From Bacteroidota bacterium (GTDB lineage: Bacteria; Bacteroidota; Bacteroidia; 2-12-FULL-35-15): a stretch of 59,835 bases of DNA. Each line of letters opens with the position of its first letter. Positions within the stretch are counted from its first letter, which is position 1. Both the position numbers and the translations under genes were made by a program. Under the pieces are notes generated by a model that saw only the letters and a program-made list of their open reading frames with translations, did no database searches and was not told the DNA's origin. The stretch is from the NCBI GenBank assembly GCA_947447995.1, contig CANFLQ010000006.1:1-59835 (forward strand). Direction: 5' to 3'. Positions 9,957-18,026 of this stretch are shown here, piece after piece.

Positions 9957-9976
9957 GTGTTTTAGAAACTGGAATA

Positions 9977-11818
9977 TTAAATTATCTCATATAAAGATCC
10001 TCCTTTTACAGCAAGTGAATCAACAAACTTTTCCACTTTGGAATCTTTAATTAATGGAGGTGCGTGATGAGGTTTGATGCGTGCATCAATTATTAAGGAG
10101 CCGGTACAACCCCAATGTTTATTTTCTATAAAACTATTGACACCGTAAATATCGTGGGAAGGATTGCTTCGAGTAAACGTTACCCACAAAAAATTATTCA
10201 ATGTTTTGGCAACAAAATCGCTATCGTCACAAATAATAATTAATGGAAATGCTTTTAAAAATTCATGAGTTGTAGCAGAGAGTTGATCGAACTTTTCAAT
10301 TTCGGATTGTGCATTTTGTGCATTGGTAAACTTTGGCGCATTTACTGCAAGTATACCGGGCATAACCAGTTGAGGGTTTGAAAAATTTAGGGGCAATGAA
10401 AAATCACTTGTTAAATGTGTACCTAATTCTCGTTTTTTTTCGCCTGCTGCTGCAATCACTACCTTACTTCCGCTGTTCAAATCAGTTCCGGTATAATCTA
10501 AGGTATCAATGGTTGTACGTGTATAAAAATGCAGGTCTCTTGTAAAATCAATACGTTCCAACACATGCATAAAATAATCTGCTACAGCATGCGTAGTTAA
10601 CTTTGGATTGTCCTCTCCCGCAATAATAAAAAGGTATTTAGCCAAACTCAATTGTCCTTTACCCAGTATATGATTGGCAATGGTTAAAATTTCCTGAGGT
10701 TTTCTTTCCTTGCTATAAGGCGTATAACGCTCACTGCCAATGGCAAGCAATAGCGGATGCACTCCTGAAGCATCAACTGCGTGTACATCTTTTAATCCGG
10801 GTATTTCGTTAGGTATAGCATTGCCAGTTATTTCATGTATCAAAGCACCAAAGCTGGTATCTTCTTGTGGTGGCCTGCCAACAACTGTAAACGGCCATAT
10901 TGCATTGTTGCGGTGATACACTTTATGAACGCGCATCAAAGGGAAATTATGCTTTAAACTATAATATCCCAGATGATCACCAAAAGGACCTTCGGGTTTA
11001 TTTTCATCGGGATATACTTCGCCTGTTATTACAAAATCAGCATCAGATGCAATGCAAAAACCATCGCGATAGGTATACTGAATTCTTCTGTTGCCCAATG
11101 CTCCTGCAAAGGTGAGTTCGCTCATACCTTCGGGCAAAGGCATAACAGCACCCAAGGTAAGTGATGGCGGACCACCAACAAAAACGCTCACTTTGAGCGG
11201 AATATTTTTTGCATTTGATTTTGTTTGATGCACACCAATACCGCGGTGTAATTGATAATGTAAGCCAATTTCTTTATCTTTAATATATTCGTTACCACTT
11301 AATTGAATCCGGTACATTCCTAAATTGGAATTCATTACTCCCGGTTTATCAATATCCTCGCTATATACAAGTGGAAGGGTAACAAATGCACCACCATCAT
11401 TTGGCCAACATTTAATTTGTGGCAAGGATGAAATGGTTGTTATGTTTTGTAAAACAGGATTATTAAAATTTGATTTTTTTGGTAATGCCGAAAATGCAGT
11501 TAATCCTACATTGGCATATTTAAAAGGATGTTTAAGTGCTTCTAAAGGATCATTTTTTAGATCAATTAGTATTTTTATTTTTTCGATGGTATCTCTAAAA
11601 ATAAATTTACTTCTATCCAATGAACCATATAAATTAGATACTGCTTTAAATTTGCAGTCCTTTATGTTTTCAAATAAAATAGCGGGACCATTATTTTCAT
11701 ATACACGCAAATGGATGGCAGCCATTTCTAATTCAGAATTGACTTCCTCTTTAACACGTACCAAGTGTCCGTGTTTTTCTAAATCATCTATACATGCTTG
11801 TGTACTTTTATATCCCAT
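9977..11818 (-). CDS. UbiD-family prFMN-dependent decarboxylase (possibly menaquinone biosynthesis)
   Basis: NLGMYRIQ, EGPFGDHLGYY, VVGRPPQED, IDTLDY motifs. Confidence 0.88.
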   Translation of the reverse strand: MGYKSTQACIDDLEKHGHLVRVKEEVNSELEMAAIHLRVYENNGPAILFENIKDCKFKAVSNLYGSLDRSKFIFRDTIEKIKILIDLKNDPLEALKHPFKYANVGLTAFSALPKKSNFNNPVLQNITTISSLPQIKCWPNDGGAFVTLPLVYSEDIDKPGVMNSNLGMYRIQLSGNEYIKDKEIGLHYQLHRGIGVHQTKSNAKNIPLKVSVFVGGPPSLTLGAVMPLPEGMSELTFAGALGNRRIQYTYRDGFCIASDADFVITGEVYPDENKPEGPFGDHLGYYSLKHNFPLMRVHKVYHRNNAIWPFTVVGRPPQEDTSFGALIHEITGNAIPNEIPGLKDVHAVDASGVHPLLLAIGSERYTPYSKERKPQEILTIANHILGKGQLSLAKYLFIIAGEDNPKLTTHAVADYFMHVLERIDFTRDLHFYTRTTIDTLDYTGTDLNSGSKVVIAAAGEKKRELGTHLTSDFSLPLNFSNPQLVMPGILAVNAPKFTNAQNAQSEIEKFDQLSATTHEFLKAFPLIIICDDSDFVAKTLNNFLWVTFTRSNPSHDIYGVNSFIENKHWGCTGSLIIDARIKPHHAPPLIKDSKVEKFVDSLAVKGGSLYEII

Positions 11819-11833
11819 AAGACCTTAATCATT

Positions 11834-11889
11834 GCCCCTCTCCAAGCCTCATCCGCCTTCGGCACCTTCTCCAGTAGGAGAAGGGAAGC
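11834..11889. repeat. REP-like palindrome copy 2
   Basis: cctcatccgccttcggcaccttctcc-agta-ggagaagggaag (11847-11888) is 39/42 identical to the reverse complement of 33643-33684. Confidence 0.85.
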
Positions 11890-11916
11890 GGAATCAATTT
11901 ATTAGAGGGGTAAAAA

Positions 11917-12303
11917 TTATTTTGCAGCTTCAAACATTTCCTGCATGGCGCCTAAATAATAGGCATCCCAACCATCCGAAATACTGTTTACAAATTTTTC
12001 GGGAACATCTTCGTGCAACAAATCAACAACCGTTTTTTTATCAATTACTTTTATGGTGAATGTAACTTTAGATGGATCTTTCCATTGATCATAACACCAT
12101 TCCTGAACCAATTTTTTATTTTTTACAACTTCCAAATTAGATCCAAACATTTGTCCGCCCCACAACGAAAATGTATCACCAACGCCGGCCCCCATTTTTG
12201 CTTCATCACCCGACCAGTCCTGAATCAAATCAGGATTTACCAATGCTTCAAATACCTCTTCGGGTGTAGCATTCATCTCATACGATTTTTGAATTATTGG
12301 CAT
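11917..12303 (-). CDS. SRPBCC/AHSA1 (START-like) domain protein
   Basis: ATPEEVFEAL..PDLIQDW, KKLVQEW, GWDAYY; ATG 12303 preferred (ORF extends to 12336). Confidence 0.88.
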   Translation of the reverse strand: MPIIQKSYEMNATPEEVFEALVNPDLIQDWSGDEAKMGAGVGDTFSLWGGQMFGSNLEVVKNKKLVQEWCYDQWKDPSKVTFTIKVIDKKTVVDLLHEDVPEKFVNSISDGWDAYYLGAMQEMFEAAK

Positions 12304-12343
12304 ACTTTTAAAATATTTAATTAAATAATCATTCACTCAACTT

Positions 12344-13108
12344 TTATGCATTTACCATTCGTTGGCTTACTACTTCATACAAAATAATTCCCGTTGCCAC
12401 AGATACATTTAAGGAACCCATTTTACCTAACATGGGAATTTTTGCTTTTGCATCGGATTTTTGAAGGTACTCGTTAGAGATACCGTTTTCCTCCGAACCC
12501 ATAATGATGGCAGTAGGTACAGTAAAATCCATTTGAAAATAAAAATCGTTTGCTTTTTCGGTACAGGAAACAATTTGTAAGCCGCATTGTTTTAAAAAAT
12601 CGATGGTTGATTTTAAATTTTCTTCCCTGCACACAGGTATTTTATGCAATGCTCCTGTAGATGTTTTAATAGCATCGGCATTTATTTGTGCTGCGCCGTG
12701 AGTAGGAATAACAATAGCATTTACGCCCGAGCACTCCGCAGTACGAGCAATAGCACCAAAATTACGCACATCGGTAATTCTATCTAAAATTAATATCAAT
12801 GGATTTTTTCCAGCATCCATCAATTTTGGTAAAATATCTTTAATGTTGGAATAGCTAATTTCAGACAAATAACCAACAACGCCCTGATGATTTTTTGTAG
12901 TTAAACGGTTTAGCTTTTCCACAGGCACATATTGAAATGCAATGTTGTGTTGCTTCAACAAGCCCATTAATTCGCTGTTTAATTCGCTTTTCAAACCACT
13001 TTGAACAAACAGTTTGTCTACTTCTTTTCCGGCTCGAATAGCTTCAATAATTGGTCTTAATCCAAATATCAAACTATCCTCTTCTTTTTTTTGTTGTTTT
13101 GTTTGCAT
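12344..13108 (-). CDS. rlmB: 23S rRNA G2251 2'-O-methyltransferase (SpoU/TrmH)
   Basis: NHQGVV, LDRITDVRNFGAIAR, MGSEENG, IPMLG..GSLNVSVA. Confidence 0.95.
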   Translation of the reverse strand: MQTKQQKKEEDSLIFGLRPIIEAIRAGKEVDKLFVQSGLKSELNSELMGLLKQHNIAFQYVPVEKLNRLTTKNHQGVVGYLSEISYSNIKDILPKLMDAGKNPLILILDRITDVRNFGAIARTAECSGVNAIVIPTHGAAQINADAIKTSTGALHKIPVCREENLKSTIDFLKQCGLQIVSCTEKANDFYFQMDFTVPTAIIMGSEENGISNEYLQKSDAKAKIPMLGKMGSLNVSVATGIILYEVVSQRMVNA

Positions 13109-13162
13109 AATATTATTTTAATTCAATTTGTTGATTGATAAACTTTCCCTAACCTCTCACAC

Positions 13163-13187
13163 GTTCTCGACTCCGCTCGAACTGACA
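13163..13187. repeat. Short palindromic repeat (GTCAGTTCGAGCGGAGTCGAGAAC type), single copy
   Basis: gttctcgactccgctcgaactgaca, a GC-rich hairpin in the AT-rich spacer between rlmB and the GWxTD gene. Confidence 0.6.
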
Positions 13188-13211
13188 ACACACACTTGAT
13201 TACAAGAAAAT

Positions 13212-14474
13212 CTAATCCTGTGTAAACGCCCTGCCCTGCCTCCAGGCATCCACCGACATAAACCACGACTGCTTATAAAAAGCAGAACGCTCCAAAATAT
13301 AATCGTTATCCGTAAAAGGGTTATTCACTTTTACGAACGTGTAAGTAGTGGAATTTACATTATTCTCCTCTCCATAGGTCCATGTTTCGGTATGATCGGT
13401 ATGATAAATAAGGTTAGGTGAACCATAGATTAAAAAGATCATTCCCCGATCTGTTTTCCATCCTTCAATATAGGATGAAAAATAATTGTTTGCTTCCTGA
13501 ACACGACCATAATATTTTTTAATCAAACCTCTTGCCCTATCGTGATTGCCTGTATTGTTCAACCAAAATTTATCCAGTGCTGCTTTTTTATTTGGATTTG
13601 CAATAAGCTCATTATACTCAGCTCTGGAAGTAATATACCGCAATGGGGGAATCATATCTTCGGCTTTTTTAATGTCAGGAAAATTCCCTGAAAAATTATA
13701 TAACGTAAATCCATCATGGGAAGTGGAGTCATATTGAAAATGATAAAAACCTTTTTGGGTTGCCGCAAAATCAATCACCCCATCGGATGATAACTCCAGG
13801 ATAAATAAACTATCTTCACGATACTGAAACGGTTTTAATGTAAATTCTGAAAAGGGCGGAGCAGCTATAGGAAAATCACGGTTATAATAGCGAACATATA
13901 TTTTTGAAGGCGCTCTCACTTTATAAATAATTCTTAGCTTTTCGCCAAGCTTTGTATAATTATGAAACAAAGGCAAATCCGTTTCAGCGGATTTGACCAA
14001 AAAATTTTGACGATTTATTTCATTATCTTTTTGGATAAAAATGATTTTTATTATACTGTTATTTCTATTCAAATCATTTACGGTAACGTGCAGATAATAA
14101 TTATTGGTTTTTCTGGCAAAAAAATTAATTTTTCCAACGAGAAATTTATCAGCGTTATCGTTGTTTATATCTACCAATCTAAACGAAGATGTATCTGATA
14201 CACTCTTTGATTCATCATCCAATAATTGATATGATATGAGAACGTTGCAGGAAAAATTAATTCCATCGGTACGTGAATACAACAATTCCTTACTATTAAT
14301 TTTAAAATGTAATTCGGATATTATGTCACTCAGATGAAATATTTCAAATTCGGGATGTATTGTATTTACATCTTTTTTATAGGGTGATACTTTTGCACTG
14401 GAAACAGGCTTACGCGGTGTTGAACAGGACAGTACCATCAATATTATGGATAGATATAAAAGTAGTTTTTTCAT
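13212..14474 (-). CDS. GWxTD-domain lipoprotein
   Basis: Lipobox VLSC; YYGRVQEANNYF..EGWKTDRGMIFLIYGSP. Confidence 0.9.
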   Translation of the reverse strand: MKKLLLYLSIILMVLSCSTPRKPVSSAKVSPYKKDVNTIHPEFEIFHLSDIISELHFKINSKELLYSRTDGINFSCNVLISYQLLDDESKSVSDTSSFRLVDINNDNADKFLVGKINFFARKTNNYYLHVTVNDLNRNNSIIKIIFIQKDNEINRQNFLVKSAETDLPLFHNYTKLGEKLRIIYKVRAPSKIYVRYYNRDFPIAAPPFSEFTLKPFQYREDSLFILELSSDGVIDFAATQKGFYHFQYDSTSHDGFTLYNFSGNFPDIKKAEDMIPPLRYITSRAEYNELIANPNKKAALDKFWLNNTGNHDRARGLIKKYYGRVQEANNYFSSYIEGWKTDRGMIFLIYGSPNLIYHTDHTETWTYGEENNVNSTTYTFVKVNNPFTDNDYILERSAFYKQSWFMSVDAWRQGRAFTQD

Positions 14475-15895
14475 TACAGATCAGTATCTCCCATTAATTG
14501 AACAGATTCATCATTTTCTATGAATTTAGAAGATATGTGTTTGGTAGTTTTTGCTCCCAATTTCTCAATGTCTTGCGCTCTTTTTACTAAATTACCCGAA
14601 CCTTTGTGCAATTTATTTATTGCACTTTCATAAGATGTTTTTGATGAGTCGATGCTTTTGCCAATTTTATCCATATCTTCAATAAAACCGACAAATTTAT
14701 CATATAAAGCACCGCTTTGTTTTGCAATTTCTATGGCATTTTTTGTTTGGCGTTCCTGTTTCCAAACCGAAGCAATGGTGCGTAATGTTGCCAACAAGGT
14801 AGAAGGACTTACAATTACAATTTTTCTATCCCATGCAAAGTTAAACATCTCCTGATCGGCCTGAACAGCAATGCTAAACGATGATTCAATAGGAATAAAC
14901 AACAATACAAAATCAGGGGTATTAAAATCGGTAGAACTTTGATATTTTTTTTCGCTCAATAATTTTATATGACTTCTTACAGATATTAAATGTTCTTTTA
15001 CAAAACGCTCCCTGTCTTCATCATTTGCTGCATTTACACATGCTTCATACGCCAACAATGAAACTTTAGAATCAATAATAATGTGTTTATTATCGGGTAA
15101 CATAATCACTGCATCGGGCTGAATGCGTTTCCCTTCATCGTTATTGGTACTAAATTGCAAACGGTATTCCTGATCTTTTACCAAACCGGAACGTTCTAAA
15201 ATTTTCTCTAAAATAAGTTCGCCCCAATTGCCTTGCTTTTTATTTTCGCCTTTCAATGCTTTTGCCAGATTGTTGGCATCTTCACTTACTTGTTTATTTA
15301 GATCAATTAAATTCTTAATCTCTGTTTTTAAAGTAACACGTTCATCTGACTCTGCTTTATAAGCCTTTTCAACTTTATCTTCAAAGTCCTTTATTTTTTC
15401 TTTCAGAGGATTTAAAATACTATCGAGATTAATTTTATTTTGATCTGTAAATTTTTTAGATTTTTCATCCAATATTTTGTTGGCAATATTTTCAAACTCT
15501 GTAGTATATTTTTTATTGATGTTTTCAAGTTCCGATTTAAGTGTGTTGTATTTATCGTCCTGAGCACTAAACTTTTCAATTGATGCGGCAATACGCGATT
15601 CTGCTTTACTCAGCTTTTCTTTTTCAACATTTATTTCAGCAGCATATTTATCGCGTTCACGGTTTAAATCTTGATTTGATTGCTCTTTTGCATTTTTAAG
15701 TTCGGAGCTTAAACGTGCTACTTCTTTTTCGGTATTGTTTAAATTTGTTGCAAGTACCAATTTATCTTTTTCCAGCACCACAATTTTCGAATCCAATACA
15801 GAAGTATCTGGCGCAACATTTTGTTTTGATTTCAACATCAAAAATGCGATAACGCCACCAAAAATACAACCTACTACTATAAATAAAAACTCCAT
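14474..15895 (-). CDS. rmuC: DNA recombination protein RmuC
   Basis: N-terminal TM, coiled coil, QGNWGELILE, QPDAVI, IDSKVSL, PDFVLLFIPIE, SPSTL. Confidence 0.95.
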   Translation of the reverse strand: MEFLFIVVGCIFGGVIAFLMLKSKQNVAPDTSVLDSKIVVLEKDKLVLATNLNNTEKEVARLSSELKNAKEQSNQDLNRERDKYAAEINVEKEKLSKAESRIAASIEKFSAQDDKYNTLKSELENINKKYTTEFENIANKILDEKSKKFTDQNKINLDSILNPLKEKIKDFEDKVEKAYKAESDERVTLKTEIKNLIDLNKQVSEDANNLAKALKGENKKQGNWGELILEKILERSGLVKDQEYRLQFSTNNDEGKRIQPDAVIMLPDNKHIIIDSKVSLLAYEACVNAANDEDRERFVKEHLISVRSHIKLLSEKKYQSSTDFNTPDFVLLFIPIESSFSIAVQADQEMFNFAWDRKIVIVSPSTLLATLRTIASVWKQERQTKNAIEIAKQSGALYDKFVGFIEDMDKIGKSIDSSKTSYESAINKLHKGSGNLVKRAQDIEKLGAKTTKHISSKFIENDESVQLMGDTDL

Positions 15896-15979
15896 TGATA
15901 TTTAATTTTATCGAACGCTAATTTAAGGATTAATTTGCTTGTTTAGGTATAGGAATAGCAGTTTATCCAATTTAACAAA

Positions 15980-17713
15980 CTAAAAATAATTTACAATGCC
16001 GAAATGGATTTTTCCATCCCGCAACTGAATGGGATTATTGAATTGTTTACCCAACGCATAGTTAATAGAAAAAATACCTGCCTTGGTTTCAAAACTAACA
16101 CCTGTACCAAAACCATAAGGGGTATCTTTTACATAATTATTTACACTATTGTTCTCATACCAGGCACCATCGCCAAATATGTACAGATAGGAGTTTTGCT
16201 CTAGGATAAAACGATATTCTAATGTTAAAATAGAATACGAAGAAGCAAAAATAGATTCTTCATTAAAGCCTCTCAATGTTTTTAAGCCACCGATACGGTA
16301 CAACTCATTCTGAAAAATAGATTTCCCCTCTAAAAATGCTGCCTTTACTCCCACTTTAAATGTGCTTCTGCCAACGATTGGAATAAATAAACTTCCATCA
16401 AAATCGGCATTGTATTGTGTTGAATTAAGAATTAATTTTTCATACACTACCTGATTTAACTTCGGATTTTTATTGATGTGTTTTGTTCCAACACTAGCAT
16501 TTACAACAACCGAAAAACCTTTTCGGGGATTTAACCGATAATCCAGCTTTTCATATTTTAAACCTAAACCATACATATTATTGTTAACATCAGCATAAGT
16601 GGGCAATGTGGTAACATTTTCCAGTCCTTTTGTTGAAAGTAATGTAGATGTTTTATTGCTGTAAAATATCTTAAAATAGTTGCCGCCAAGCAACAAATAT
16701 TGCAAACCAATATTTTGATTTACATCCAAAAATGTAGTGTCTCTTTTATACAGTTTAAAATTATAATCGATACCAAAAGGGGAACGAAAAACAAAAGGGT
16801 AAACGAGTCGCAATTTCAGGTCTTGCGTTTGCGTTTGCAACCTGCGCCAATTCAAATCTATCAGTTCTCCTCTGCCCAAGCCGTTCTCCAACTTTAAATG
16901 AACATCACCGGTAAACAATATATTACCAGTTTTAGCATCGGGTAAAATACCAACAATACCATCAAACTGACTCGATTTTTTTTTATCAAGGTTTAAAATT
17001 AGCTTAGTATTTTTATTAGTAAAATTTACAATTGAAGGCTGCGTGGTTCGTAAAAAAGAAAGCTCTGCAATTCGGGTATTTACTTTTTTTAAGCGTGATT
17101 CATCATAAGGACTACCGGGTTTTATTCCCAAATAATTGTATAAATATACAGATGCTATTTTAGCAGACCCTTTTACAACAATACTATCAATTTTTCGTTC
17201 TTCGTTGCGTGTTAGTTTTAGTTGTGCATAAATATTATCTTTTGAAACAACAATGCTATCAAGTTTTACAGACGCAAACGGAAAACCATTGTTTTCAAAA
17301 TAAGTGATTAACTTTTCCTGAACCAATTTTACATCTTTAAAATAAACAGGTTTATTATTGTATAATTTTTCACGAAATCCTATTTCACTCAATACTCCTT
17401 CGTCTATATTTCCTTTTTTAAGATAGGCCCATTTGTATTGCTCTCCAATGTTCAAAAAAACTTTTTGAGTAATGGAGTCTTCAATTATACTGTCGTAAGT
17501 GGCGGCTAAATAAGCATTGTCATAACATGTTGATAAAACCTTTTGTAATTCTTTATCGCGTTCAGTTTTAAAAATAAATGTTTTTGAATATGAAATTTTT
17601 TTAAAAAAAACAGGATTATCAGCCGATTGAATTTCCAACACATATTTCTGTTGTGCGCTGAGGGAAGCACAAATAATGCAAAAAGTGAAAAACAAAACTG
17701 TTTGTAAACGCAT
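15980..17713 (-). CDS. Omp85/BamA-TamA family outer-membrane protein (POTRA + barrel)
   Basis: Signal peptide, ENNGFPFA POTRA, RIGGLKTLRGF loop-6 motif, C-terminal F. Confidence 0.88.
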   Translation of the reverse strand: MRLQTVLFFTFCIICASLSAQQKYVLEIQSADNPVFFKKISYSKTFIFKTERDKELQKVLSTCYDNAYLAATYDSIIEDSITQKVFLNIGEQYKWAYLKKGNIDEGVLSEIGFREKLYNNKPVYFKDVKLVQEKLITYFENNGFPFASVKLDSIVVSKDNIYAQLKLTRNEERKIDSIVVKGSAKIASVYLYNYLGIKPGSPYDESRLKKVNTRIAELSFLRTTQPSIVNFTNKNTKLILNLDKKKSSQFDGIVGILPDAKTGNILFTGDVHLKLENGLGRGELIDLNWRRLQTQTQDLKLRLVYPFVFRSPFGIDYNFKLYKRDTTFLDVNQNIGLQYLLLGGNYFKIFYSNKTSTLLSTKGLENVTTLPTYADVNNNMYGLGLKYEKLDYRLNPRKGFSVVVNASVGTKHINKNPKLNQVVYEKLILNSTQYNADFDGSLFIPIVGRSTFKVGVKAAFLEGKSIFQNELYRIGGLKTLRGFNEESIFASSYSILTLEYRFILEQNSYLYIFGDGAWYENNSVNNYVKDTPYGFGTGVSFETKAGIFSINYALGKQFNNPIQLRDGKIHFGIVNYF

Positions 17714-17719
17714 TGTGGA

Positions 17720-18012
17720 ATGGAACGCTGATTATTATGATTTTTAAGATAGGTTAAGAACTTAAATTATATTTACTAAACTCTGCAATAATAAATGAAC
17801 TTCTCTACACTAAAAATACAGAGATTAAAAAATAAAATAATGAAATTATTTCGTAGCAAATATTTAATCCAAAGCGTCATTGCGAGGAATGACGCCACCA
17901 ACCGAAATTTTGTAGAAACTGAAAGTCTTGTACCCAAGTGCGTAGTTTCAACTAACAAACTGAAACAATAATTCATTTTTTATCTAAAAGATCGTAATAA
18001 TCTGCGTTCTAT
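17720..18012. repeat. Long inverted-repeat element (GAACGC(A/T)GATT family) with nested short hairpin
   Basis: Arms 17720-17750 and 17982-18012 match 26/31; internal cgtcattgcgaggaatgacg at about 17875-17894. Confidence 0.75.
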
Positions 18013-18026
18013 CAAATCAATAAAAC

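Noticed and set aside
9800-9976. Riboswitch or sRNA upstream of the TonB receptor
   Set aside because: No cobalamin, TPP or SAM consensus recognised; an Rfam/Infernal scan would be needed.
11832-12059. ORF MPLSKPHPPSAPSPVGEG...
   Set aside because: Translation of the REP hairpin running antisense into the SRPBCC gene; TTG start.
17776-17976. 66-aa ORF within the inverted-repeat element
   Set aside because: No recognisable motif and it crosses a nested repeat; cannot be supported as a cargo gene.
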